Assembly (NCBI GenBank): GCA_023512635.1
Contig: JAILZF010000001.1
Span: 1-55,724 of the forward strand
Reading direction: 5' to 3'
DNA length: 55,724 nucleotides
Origin: Alicyclobacillus sp.
Lineage (GTDB): Bacteria > Bacillota > Bacilli > Alicyclobacillales > Alicyclobacillaceae
This document shows positions 36,791 through 45,518 of the stretch, piece after piece. The translations under genes were made by a program, and so were the position numbers. Under the pieces are notes generated by a model. It saw only the letters and a list, made by a program, of their open reading frames with translations, did no database searches and was not told the DNA's origin. Position 1 is the stretch's first letter. Every line of letters begins with the position of its first letter.

Positions 36791-38008
36791 ATGACGATGC
36801 TCCCGTTGGATGAAGCTGCTGCGGTGGTGTGCAGTCTGCTGCCCCGTCCGGCGGCTGCAACCGTACCCGTGGCAGCGGCGGCGGGGCGTGTGTTGGCGGC
36901 CAACGCACACGCCGCTGTCGCCAATCCGCCGTTTGACCGCGCGATGATGGACGGTTTTGCTGTGCGCAGCACGGATGCGCACATGGGGGCGCGACTGCGC
37001 GTCACCGGCTGTCTGCCAGCGGGGTCCGCCGGCGGACCGGCCGTAGGTCCAGGCGAGGCGGTGCGCATCATGACTGGGGCTCCCGTCCCGGCCGGAGCTG
37101 ATGCCGTGATCCGGTTTGAGTGGTGTGAAGCCAAGGCCAGTGAGGTCACCGTGCTGCGCGCTGTTCCAGCAGGGGAAGCGGTTCAACCAGCCGGGAGCGA
37201 TGCCCCCCGCGGGGCGCTGGTGGTGCCTGCTGGGCAACGCTTAACCGCGGCTGACCTGGCGGTGCTGCAAGGGTTTGGTGTCGCCCACGTGCGTGTCTGG
37301 CAGCCCTTGCGCGCCGCGGTGCTGGTGACGGGCAGCGAATTGCAAACCCAGCCAGCAGCCCCGCTCGCACCAGGCCAAATCTACAGCAGCAACGACCTCT
37401 ACCTGGCCACCGCGTTGGCGGAAGAAGGGGTGTCTGTGCTGGACGTCGTCCATGTACCGGATGACCCGAAGTCTCTTGCCCAGCAGTTTACCCGGCTGGC
37501 GCAGCAAGCGGATGTGGTGGTGGCTGCCGGTGGTATCTCAGCAGGTGATTGCGATTACGTCCCTGCGGTGCTCCGCCAACTGGGCGCGACGCTGGCGGTC
37601 GAACGGGTCTGGATGCGGCCGGGCACCCCTTTTTGTGCTGGCCGCTTGCAGTGCGCAGCCGTGTTTGCGCTGTCTGGAAACCCGGCGGCGTGTCTGGTGC
37701 AATTTGAAACCTTGCTGCGGCCGGCATTGCGCAGCCTGCTAGGCATCCGCGAAACCTCCTTCCCCTGTTCCGGCAAGCTGGTGCACGCACTCACCCTCAA
37801 ACCGCTCAAGCACGCGCGTGTTTTGCGAGGCCTGGCATGGATAGAAGAGGGCCAAGTCCTGCTCGACCTGCGTCTCGCCCAGGCACCATCCGTGCTCTCC
37901 AGCCTGGCCAGCAGCCAATGCTTGGTGCGTATCGACCAAGCCAACTGTCCAGCCGGCACACTCCTGCCTATGCGCTGGCTGCGGCCGCCAGGTTCACCTC
38001 CGAGCTGA
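36791..38008 (+). CDS. moeA: molybdopterin molybdenumtransferase
   Basis: MoeA-like layout (NPPFDRAMMDGFAV..., GGISAGDCDYV...). ATG 36791 is preceded by AAGGAG. Confidence 0.85.
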   Translation: MTMLPLDEAAAVVCSLLPRPAAATVPVAAAAGRVLAANAHAAVANPPFDRAMMDGFAVRSTDAHMGARLRVTGCLPAGSAGGPAVGPGEAVRIMTGAPVPAGADAVIRFEWCEAKASEVTVLRAVPAGEAVQPAGSDAPRGALVVPAGQRLTAADLAVLQGFGVAHVRVWQPLRAAVLVTGSELQTQPAAPLAPGQIYSSNDLYLATALAEEGVSVLDVVHVPDDPKSLAQQFTRLAQQADVVVAAGGISAGDCDYVPAVLRQLGATLAVERVWMRPGTPFCAGRLQCAAVFALSGNPAACLVQFETLLRPALRSLLGIRETSFPCSGKLVHALTLKPLKHARVLRGLAWIEEGQVLLDLRLAQAPSVLSSLASSQCLVRIDQANCPAGTLLPMRWLRPPGSPPS

Positions 38009-38048
38009 CACCGCAGGCGCTAAAAGAGTGTCTGCCCGGCGTGCGCTG

Positions 38049-38084
38049 AAAAAGCCTGCTGCGCAACCGCTGCGCAAGCAGGCT
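38049..38084 (-). terminator. intrinsic terminator downstream of pckA
   Basis: Minus strand AGCCTGCTTGCGCA-gcggt-TGCGCAGCAGGCT (one bulge), followed by TTTTT. Confidence 0.65.
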
Positions 38085-38170
38085 TATCGACCGTCCCAGG
38101 GACAGCTGTCCCTTGCTCAGCCACCACGGATGACGTTATCCCTCCGCGGTCAGCGTGCTCGTCTCCCGAC

Positions 38171-39658
38171 TCACGACACCGGTTGGGTTTGGAACTTTGC
38201 CAACGCCGCAGCAAACGACTGCATCAGCGCGCGGCGGGCCGCCTCGTAAGCACTGGCATCCGGGAAGCCCAAGCGGGGTTGCAAATACTCTGCCGGGACA
38301 TCCGGCAACGACACCGGCACGTTCAGGAACAATCCCTCGTCGCGCGTCGTAGGCACGTTCAGCAGCTCGCCGGAAATCGCTTGGCGCACCAGCTGCCGCG
38401 TCAACGCCAGTGGCATGCGCGGGGCATGGGCAATGCCACCACCTGCCCAACCCGTGTTGACCAAATAGACCGGGACCTGATGGCGTTGGATCTTTTCCAT
38501 GAGCATTTCTGCGTAACGAACCGGCCGGTCGGTCAAGAAAGGCGAACCGAAACACGCCGAGAACGTCGGTTCCGGGTCGACCACCCCCCGCTCCGTGCCC
38601 GCCAGTTTGCTGGTGTACCCGAGCAAAAAGTGTTTGCGGGCGTCCTCCGGTGACAGCCGGGCAATGGCTGGTAGTACGCCAGAGGCGTCGGCCGACAAAA
38701 AGACAATGGCCTGCGGATGACCACCCCGACCGGTCGGTTCAAAATTGCGAATAAAAGAAAGGGGATACGCTGCGCGCGTGTTTTCGGTCAGCGTACGGTC
38801 ACTGTACAAGGGTTGCCGTTGGCTGTCGTACACCACGTTTTCCAGCACGGTGCCAAACCGGATGGCGTGGTAGATGTCCGGCTCCCGGTCTTCCGTTAAG
38901 TCGATGCACTTCGCGTAGCAGCCGTTTTCCATGTTAAATACGCCGTGATCGCCCCAACCGTGCTCGTCGTCGCCAATCAATCGGCGCTGCGGGTCGGCTG
39001 ACAGGGTGGTCTTGCCCGTCCCTGACAAACCGAAAAAGAGGGCCACGTCCCCCTGTTCCCCCACCGTCGCCGAACAGTGCATCGGTACCACGCCGCGTTC
39101 CGCCAATTCGTGGTGCATCAGCGTGAAAATCGACTTTTTCAGCTCCCCGGCGTACTCCGTGCCGCCAATCAAAACAATGCCGCGCTCCAAGTGAATAACA
39201 ATAAATGTCTCTGTCCGGGTCCCGTCCGTCACCGGGTCTGCCTGCAAGGTCGGCACGCCGTACACCGTGTACCGCGGGGTTTGTCCCGGCGTTCCAGGCA
39301 AAAACAGCTGCTGCACAAACAGGTTGTGCCATGCAAACTCCGTGTAAAACCGGACGGGAACGCGGTACGCAGGGTCGTGATTGACCGCCCCGTCAAACAC
39401 AAACGCCCCTTTTTCTTGCAGATGCGCTTGCACCTTGGCCAACAACCGCTCAAACTGCTCCTCGCTCAACCAGCGGTGTTGCTCGCGGGGCAGGGGACAG
39501 CCCTCGTACGCGACGAAGAACTTGTCCTGGGGCGAGCGTCCCGTGTACTTGCCCGTGCGGGCGCAGAGTGCGCCGTTGGCCAACAGCACCGCCTCCCGGC
39601 GCTGCAAGGCGGCCTCCACCAACTCCACCGGGGACAGTCGCTGCTCATGAAGGGTCAC
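38171..39658 (-). CDS. pckA: phosphoenolpyruvate carboxykinase (ATP)
   Basis: Kinase-1a motif FFGLSGTGKTTLS and overall PckA similarity. The start was trimmed to GTG 39658, preceded by AAAGGAG. Confidence 0.9.
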   Translation of the reverse strand: MTLHEQRLSPVELVEAALQRREAVLLANGALCARTGKYTGRSPQDKFFVAYEGCPLPREQHRWLSEEQFERLLAKVQAHLQEKGAFVFDGAVNHDPAYRVPVRFYTEFAWHNLFVQQLFLPGTPGQTPRYTVYGVPTLQADPVTDGTRTETFIVIHLERGIVLIGGTEYAGELKKSIFTLMHHELAERGVVPMHCSATVGEQGDVALFFGLSGTGKTTLSADPQRRLIGDDEHGWGDHGVFNMENGCYAKCIDLTEDREPDIYHAIRFGTVLENVVYDSQRQPLYSDRTLTENTRAAYPLSFIRNFEPTGRGGHPQAIVFLSADASGVLPAIARLSPEDARKHFLLGYTSKLAGTERGVVDPEPTFSACFGSPFLTDRPVRYAEMLMEKIQRHQVPVYLVNTGWAGGGIAHAPRMPLALTRQLVRQAISGELLNVPTTRDEGLFLNVPVSLPDVPAEYLQPRLGFPDASAYEAARRALMQSFAAALAKFQTQPVS

Positions 39659-39738
39659 GCCGCTCACTCCTTTTCCACCGCTAATGCCGTTATTATGACA
39701 TCCGACAAGGCTCCTTTCCAGACTTTTTGCTACACTTT

Positions 39739-40668
39739 TTAGCCTTTTTTTAAAGAGTTGCGGCGCAAGGCGCGCTGGTAGTGCCGCCAACGCAACTCCA
39801 TCCGGCGCGCCAACTCCGGCTGGGACCGCAGCTTTTTCATCAGTGCGTGACTGGGGGCGGTATTCTCCTCCAGCAGCCAGACCCGCCCTTGCCGGTCAAC
39901 AGCCATGTCAAACCCGAGCTCGCGATATAACTGGTAACCGTCAAAGTGGCGGGCAGCTGTCATCGCCAACCGCACCATCCGCTGCAAGCATTGCTGGGCT
40001 CGCTTTCGTGACCACCCCAGCCCTTGCTGCAAGACCCACTGTGGATCACAAACCCGGCCACGGCTGAGTGCGATGTTGGTGACCACGCTGCCAGCCCCGG
40101 CCACCTTCGCCACCGTCCCGGTGTACAGCCAGGGCCCGCCAGGTTGGTCACGCTGGACGAGCACGCGAAAGTCGACCGGTCGGCCGTGCAAACGGACGAC
40201 ATCAACCGCCTGTTGCACAATGTGCAAACGTCCGCCCTGGACACGGGCGAGCCAACGCACCAGGTCGGGCCAGCGCCGAAAGGAGCGCGGCTGCTGGACA
40301 GTATGGTGCACCCAGTAGCGGCCCTCCGCCTGCCATACCTTGATCACACCGCGGCCGCGGCTGCCCGCGCTGGGCTTGACAAAGACCGCACCATGCGCCT
40401 GCAGCATACGCTGCAGTGCCGCCGGCGAATAACGCGCCGTTTGCGGCAAAAATCGGCGTACCGTCGTGTTTCGGGCAAACCAACGCCACAGTGCAAACTT
40501 GCCCAGCTCCGGTTTCCGGCCAGTCCGGCTTGTTTTGCGCAGAGCCGGGGACGCCGGCCGGATCTGCCGGGAGGTTGCAAACCCGCGCGGCCGCCGCAGG
40601 CCCCGGTCGGTGGCCGGACGGGTGGTGATGCTGGCTGCACGGTGCAGTTGAGACGTGGGTTTCTGCAT
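39739..40668 (-). CDS. YheC/YheD-family ATP-grasp protein (paralog 2)
   Basis: VFVKPSAGSRGRGV..., TGTVAKVAGAGSVVTNIALS and DMAVDRQGRVWLLEENTAPS parallel paralog 1. It has a basic N-terminal tail and starts at ATG 40668. Confidence 0.7.
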   Translation of the reverse strand: MQKPTSQLHRAASITTRPATDRGLRRPRGFATSRQIRPASPALRKTSRTGRKPELGKFALWRWFARNTTVRRFLPQTARYSPAALQRMLQAHGAVFVKPSAGSRGRGVIKVWQAEGRYWVHHTVQQPRSFRRWPDLVRWLARVQGGRLHIVQQAVDVVRLHGRPVDFRVLVQRDQPGGPWLYTGTVAKVAGAGSVVTNIALSRGRVCDPQWVLQQGLGWSRKRAQQCLQRMVRLAMTAARHFDGYQLYRELGFDMAVDRQGRVWLLEENTAPSHALMKKLRSQPELARRMELRWRHYQRALRRNSLKKG

Positions 40669-40884
40669 GACCAGACCCCCTTGCAATCCTCGTTGCAAGC
40701 TGCACCAGCGTATGCGTGCTTCGACCCGCGTGGATGTGCGGACGCAGGGGTGGAAAGGGACTCCCCATAAGAATCAGGGATGGAAGTCCCCCAGGAGTCG
40801 ACAGGATTTTGCCGGCGGGATTCTGTATGATGGAGAGAAGAAGCCCATGCCACCCCGCGGGCCGGGGGAAGGGGGAGTCAGCCC

Positions 40885-41805
40885 GTGAACGTGTGCGTGA
40901 TTGGGGCGGGAGCTGTCGGCGGTTACTTTGGCGCAAGATTGGCTGAACACGGCGTCCCCGTGACGTTTTTGGTGCGCCCTGGCCGCTTGCAGCAGCTGCA
41001 AACACGCGGATTGCGCGTCTTGAGTCCATATGGGGACGTGGTTTTGTCCCCGCAACTGGCTGTGCACCCGGAGTCGGTGCAGGAGCCAGGCCTCGTTCTG
41101 TTAGCCGTTAAAAACTACCACCTGGAAGGGGTCCTCCCCAGCCTGTCGGTGTTGGCCAGCCGAGGGGCTTGGGTATTGCCTCTTTTGAACGGCATTCGCC
41201 ACCTGGACGTCCTGCGCTCCGTGGTCCCTGCGCCACAGCTGTTGGGCGGCACCTGTCATATCGAGGCCACCTTAAACGAGCACGGCGATGTTGTCCACTC
41301 CAACACGCTGCAACATGTGATCTTCGGGCCGTTGCCCAAGACCGACCGGAGCCGCTTGCCCGAGATTGAAACCACCTTGCAAAAGGGAGGCTTCCCCGTC
41401 AAGCGCAGCGAGACGGTGGAAATCGACATGTGGACCAAATACATCTGCCTGGCCACGCTCAGCGGGTTGACGTCTGCCGTGCGCCGTCCCATTGGCGATA
41501 TTTTGGCCGATCCGCCCGCCGCCGCTTTGCTGCAGCAGTTTGTCGAAGAAATCAGCACCATCGCCCGCGCTGCCCATCCGTCCCTGCCTGCCGACATCGG
41601 CGCCAAAGCCCTGCGCTGGGTACGCTCACTTCCGCCCGCCATGACGTCAAGCATGCACCGTGACTTGGAAAAAGGCTTGCCGTTGGAGTTGGAAAGCCTG
41701 CAAGGGGTCCTGCTTGAACTCGCCCAGCAACACCGTCTGCCAGCGCCCGCTCTGCACACGGTGTACGCCCTTCTGCACCCGTATGCCCACGGCCGGCGGC
41801 CTTGA
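40885..41805 (+). CDS. panE: 2-dehydropantoate 2-reductase (ketopantoate reductase)
   Basis: N-terminal Rossmann VCVIGAGAVGGYFGARL and an ApbA/PanE C-terminal domain (SMHRDLEKGLPLELESL). Confidence 0.85.
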   Translation: MNVCVIGAGAVGGYFGARLAEHGVPVTFLVRPGRLQQLQTRGLRVLSPYGDVVLSPQLAVHPESVQEPGLVLLAVKNYHLEGVLPSLSVLASRGAWVLPLLNGIRHLDVLRSVVPAPQLLGGTCHIEATLNEHGDVVHSNTLQHVIFGPLPKTDRSRLPEIETTLQKGGFPVKRSETVEIDMWTKYICLATLSGLTSAVRRPIGDILADPPAAALLQQFVEEISTIARAAHPSLPADIGAKALRWVRSLPPAMTSSMHRDLEKGLPLELESLQGVLLELAQQHRLPAPALHTVYALLHPYAHGRRP

Positions 41806-41867
41806 TCACAGCCGGGGTCGCCGGTCGAGCGCCGTGTCCGCCCTGACCACCGCAGCGCGCGGCAGCG

Positions 41868-42224
41868 TCAGACCCTGTCAGTCCCCGGCGAAGAGGCAGA
41901 CTCCGGCCACAGGACAGCCACCTGGGCAGCGAGATCCTGAGCGAATGCCGCCAGCGCGGGCCCTGGGTTGGCCAGGTCCGAATGGGCAAACTCGCGCACC
42001 CATGGCCCGCCGCGAAACGGTGCCACCGGGTGAGGCGCTACCCGGACAAGGTAGTGCGCCTCACCCTTGCCTGCAACCGGCCCGGTGGCCGGTTCTGCAG
42101 CCACCTGATTCGGCAATTGACGAATGGTACGCACCAAGACGTTGGCCACGCGCGGTGGCAGAACCGACACCAACTCCATATCGGCCAACGGGAAGCGTGT
42201 AAACAGCCACGTCCATTCCGCCAT
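41868..42224 (-). CDS. hypothetical protein (118 aa)
   Basis: ATG 42224 is preceded by AAGGAGGAGGG. No family was recognised. Confidence 0.45.
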   Translation of the reverse strand: MAEWTWLFTRFPLADMELVSVLPPRVANVLVRTIRQLPNQVAAEPATGPVAGKGEAHYLVRVAPHPVAPFRGGPWVREFAHSDLANPGPALAAFAQDLAAQVAVLWPESASSPGTDRV

Positions 42225-42446
42225 GGACCCTCCTCCTTTGCCGGGTGTTCGCCTGCTTGCGCCCACTGGCCCGCCCAGGGCCTGCCGGCCTTGACCCTCT
42301 GCCAGTTCACCGGTAAGTTACCGCCTTGCGGTGCGCACGCCAGGCGTACCCTGTTCGTTCGTCCTGCCATTTCCATGGAAAATGATGAACCTGTTCAAGC
42401 GACATCCCCCTGTGGTAGGCTGTTCTACAACGGAGGTGGTCGGTTC

Positions 42447-43367
42447 GTGCTTTCGCGCAAATGGGGGTGGCTTTGGCCAGCCCTGGTGGCTGCCGCAGCG
42501 GCAGCCGGACACTGGACATCCCATCAGGCCCACTCTGGGTTGGCAGAACCCCCTGCCCGTCTGGCTGCGACAGCGGCCAGGTCAGCTGTGCCTGCCGAAG
42601 AGCCGTGGTTGCAACCGGCTGCGGGCACTCCTGCAGCCGGCCCAACCACCCTCGCCGCCAGTCTGAGCCTGGCTGGCCGCAGCGCTGGGCTGCTGGCTGT
42701 TGCCCAATCTGCGTCACCTGCCTCTCGCTTGGCGCAGGCCAGCCTGTGGTCGCTCTTGCCAGGCAGCGCCGGGGGTCACCCGGTGGCGTCCGCCCCCGTC
42801 GAAACGTCTGCCGCTGCCGCGGCCGCCACGGCTCACCCTGCGGCGGCGCCAGAGACTTCTGCGCAGGTCCCAACGCAGGCTGTCCCGGCTCACGCAGCCA
42901 GCCACCGTCCAGCAGCCGTCAACGCTTCCTCCCCGGCTGCCTCCACCCGCACCGCATCCGCAACGGCGGCCCACACAGGCCAAGGGGCGGAGCCGAGCCA
43001 GGATGACCTGTATTGGCTAGCACACGTGATAGAGGCGGAAGCGGGCGCAGAACCCATGAACGTAAAAATTGCCGTCGGAGACGTGGTGCTCAACCGCATG
43101 CACAACCCAGATTACCCCCATACCCTGAAAGGGGTGGTGTTTCAGGTGGTGCAGGGTCACTACGCCTTTGAATCCGTCCAAAACGGGTATATTTATACCC
43201 AGCCGTCTGACGCGTCCTGGCAAGCGGCCCGGTCTGTCCTGTATGATCACGTCAACCTGATGCCGGATGCCCTGGTGTTTTACAACCCGCAGCAGACTCC
43301 GCCCGGCAACTGGGTGTGGAGCCGGCCTGTGGTCGCACAGCTCGGCGACTTCGTGTTTGCTCGCTGA
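42447..43367 (+). CDS. SleB/CwlJ-type cell wall hydrolase with TM anchor and low-complexity linker
   Basis: The C-terminal Hydrolase_2-like domain reads AHVIEAEAGAEPMNVKIAVGDVVLNRMHNPDYPHTLKGVVFQ...FESV. GTG 42447 is preceded by GGAGGTG. The ORF track extends far upstream, spuriously. Confidence 0.8.
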   Translation: MLSRKWGWLWPALVAAAAAAGHWTSHQAHSGLAEPPARLAATAARSAVPAEEPWLQPAAGTPAAGPTTLAASLSLAGRSAGLLAVAQSASPASRLAQASLWSLLPGSAGGHPVASAPVETSAAAAAATAHPAAAPETSAQVPTQAVPAHAASHRPAAVNASSPAASTRTASATAAHTGQGAEPSQDDLYWLAHVIEAEAGAEPMNVKIAVGDVVLNRMHNPDYPHTLKGVVFQVVQGHYAFESVQNGYIYTQPSDASWQAARSVLYDHVNLMPDALVFYNPQQTPPGNWVWSRPVVAQLGDFVFAR

Positions 43368-43442
43368 CAGGATACTCCTGCCCGGGTGCCACAGCCGCAA
43401 GCCAGGCCGGCCCGAACAGCAAGTTCAGCGGGAGGAAACCCC

Positions 43443-43889
43443 GTGGACCCACGCCTGCTATCCTACGTCTACTGTTTTAATGTCACCGGCGACTACTTTG
43501 CCTGTCACGAATACGGCGAGCTGTTGTGGCTGGAAAGCGGCCGGCCGCTGGTCCTCAAAGGCTTGATCCAAGCGGCCGTCTGCCTCTACCACTTGTACAA
43601 CGGCAACCTGCGCGGCGGCTGGCGGATGTGGCAGCGCGCCCGTACCTACCTGGCAACCGCCGGGCCAGTTTACGAAGGGCTCGACCTGGAACAACTGCGG
43701 CTTGACCTGGACGCCGTCTGGGCACGCGTTCCCCCCGCTTTGCGCGAGGGCTCCGTCCCACCAGCGGAGGTCTGCCGTTGGCAGCTGCCACGCGTGACCC
43801 TCCGCGTGATCGACACTGCAGTGCAAGAGCGCCTGGCGACGTGGCAACTGCCGCCGCTGCCCGAAGCCCCAGACCGCCACGATGCCTAG
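43443..43889 (+). CDS. DUF309-family protein
   Basis: FNVTGDYFACHEYGELLW...GLIQAAVCLYHLYNGNLRG is typical of DUF309. GTG 43443 is preceded by GGGAGGAA. Confidence 0.75.
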   Translation: MDPRLLSYVYCFNVTGDYFACHEYGELLWLESGRPLVLKGLIQAAVCLYHLYNGNLRGGWRMWQRARTYLATAGPVYEGLDLEQLRLDLDAVWARVPPALREGSVPPAEVCRWQLPRVTLRVIDTAVQERLATWQLPPLPEAPDRHDA

Positions 43890-43901
43890 CCTGCCGGGCT
43901 G

Positions 43902-44252
43902 CTAGAGCCCGTGCTGAGTCTCAAACTGGTTGATGGCACCACACCGGGGGCACTGCAGCTGGACGGACAGGCCCACCTGGTTCTCGGGGTTGCGTGCCTT
44001 CGATAAAACGATGTCCGCGTGGGTTTCCGTCCCGTGCGAGACCACCAACCCGCCGCGGACATGGCCCACCCAGCTGACCGGCGACTGACACAGAAAGCAC
44101 GTGTGATGGCCGCGCACCGTTTCAAGCACTGGCACATCCCTCCCGTGCACAGTGTCAGCTTGGTCCGCCGCGGCTATGCGGCCACCGCGCTCAAGACGAA
44201 CGGCGGCTCGGCGGGCCAGGGGCAGCAGGCAGGCGTACGGGCACGCGCCCAT
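43902..44252 (-). CDS. hypothetical Cys/His-rich protein with a C-terminal CxxC
   Basis: The ORF contains HHTCFLC and CPRCG. Its drawn 5' end overlaps the MFS gene 3' end by about 60 nt, so the real start is probably internal. Confidence 0.35.
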   Translation of the reverse strand: MGACPYACLLPLARRAAVRLERGGRIAAADQADTVHGRDVPVLETVRGHHTCFLCQSPVSWVGHVRGGLVVSHGTETHADIVLSKARNPENQVGLSVQLQCPRCGAINQFETQHGL

Positions 44253-45411
44253 ACGCCCACGCCGCTAAACCGCCGGTCAGCACGAGCAACGACCCGGTTA
44301 ACCAGAACACACTGTGCGTTCCCCACGCACCGCCTAAGTAACCACCTACCAACGGCCCCAGCGTGTTGCCCGCTTGATTGGCGGTTTGACTTAATCCAAA
44401 TGCCCGGCCGCGGAAGTCAGCCGAGCACGACTCCACCACCAGCCCTTGCAGAGCCGGAAACACTGCACAGAAAAACGCACCGTACACAAACCGCAGAGCA
44501 GCAAACCCCCAGACGTCGTGCACCACCACCTGGGCCAAATACCCTAGCCCCCCGCCCAGCAGTCCCACCACCAAGACCTTGCGAAACCCCACTTTGTCAG
44601 CCCATCGCCCCCAGCGCGGGGCAAACAAGACGCTGGCCACTCCTGCCAGGGAAAACGCGAGGCCAGCGTACAAAGAGGCGTTTTGCATGGACCCGCCTAG
44701 CTCTAAAATGTACAATGTCAAGACGGGCTCTACGGTCATAATGGAAAAGGTAGCCAACATGGTCAACCCTAACGCCAACAACAGCGGCCGGTTGGCCAGC
44801 GCTTGCTGCAGGGCGTCCAAAACGGAGCTGCGCGCCTGCCCTGGGGCAAACTTCTCCTCTTTCACGAAGCAAATGACAAGCAGCGCCGCCAGCAAAACCA
44901 GCAACCCAGCACAGGCAAACGCCCAGCGGTAGCCAAACAACCGGGCCAGGGCGCCGCCGAGCAGCGGGCCAAGAATGTTGCCGGCGGCACTCGCAGTGGA
45001 CAGCACGGACAAGGCATAGCCAACCCGCGACTCCGGCGTCTGAGTGGCAATCAAGGCCATGGACCCTGGGACAAACCCGGCAAGCACACCTTGCAGGATG
45101 CGGATGGCCAGCAATTGATACGGGTTGGTGACGAGGGCCGTCAACAGGTAAAGCACGCACAGCGACAGCCCCGCCCGGACAATCATCGGTTTGCGGCCGT
45201 ACTTGTCGGCCAAAGACCCCCAAAACGGGGCCGAAAGGGCGCCGGTCAAAAACGTCACGCTGTACAGCCAGCCAGCCCACGTCTCCACCTGTTGGTGCAT
45301 GCCCAACTGCAGCAAGAACAGGGGCAAAAACGGTACAACGATGGAGAAGCTGGCAGATGTGACGAGAACCCCAAACCACAACAGCCACAAATTTCGTTGC
45401 CAGGTTTCCAT
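44191..45411 (-). CDS. MFS transporter (DHA1-like drug/H+ antiporter)
   Basis: Twelve-TM pattern with the motif-A-like GSLADKYGRKPMI. ATG 45411 is preceded by GGAGG. Confidence 0.85.
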   Translation of the reverse strand: METWQRNLWLLWFGVLVTSASFSIVVPFLPLFLLQLGMHQQVETWAGWLYSVTFLTGALSAPFWGSLADKYGRKPMIVRAGLSLCVLYLLTALVTNPYQLLAIRILQGVLAGFVPGSMALIATQTPESRVGYALSVLSTASAAGNILGPLLGGALARLFGYRWAFACAGLLVLLAALLVICFVKEEKFAPGQARSSVLDALQQALANRPLLLALGLTMLATFSIMTVEPVLTLYILELGGSMQNASLYAGLAFSLAGVASVLFAPRWGRWADKVGFRKVLVVGLLGGGLGYLAQVVVHDVWGFAALRFVYGAFFCAVFPALQGLVVESCSADFRGRAFGLSQTANQAGNTLGPLVGGYLGGAWGTHSVFWLTGSLLVLTGGLAAWAYGRVPVRLPAAPGPPSRRSS

Positions 45412-45518
45412 GGTGGCCTCCGTCGTCTGGCCTGAAAGCACGGCCTGGTCTCCAAAACCCTCGTCACCCCAGCGTCCTTGCAGCCGCACGGCTGGCACGT
45501 TCTCACGCGGGTGCGCAC

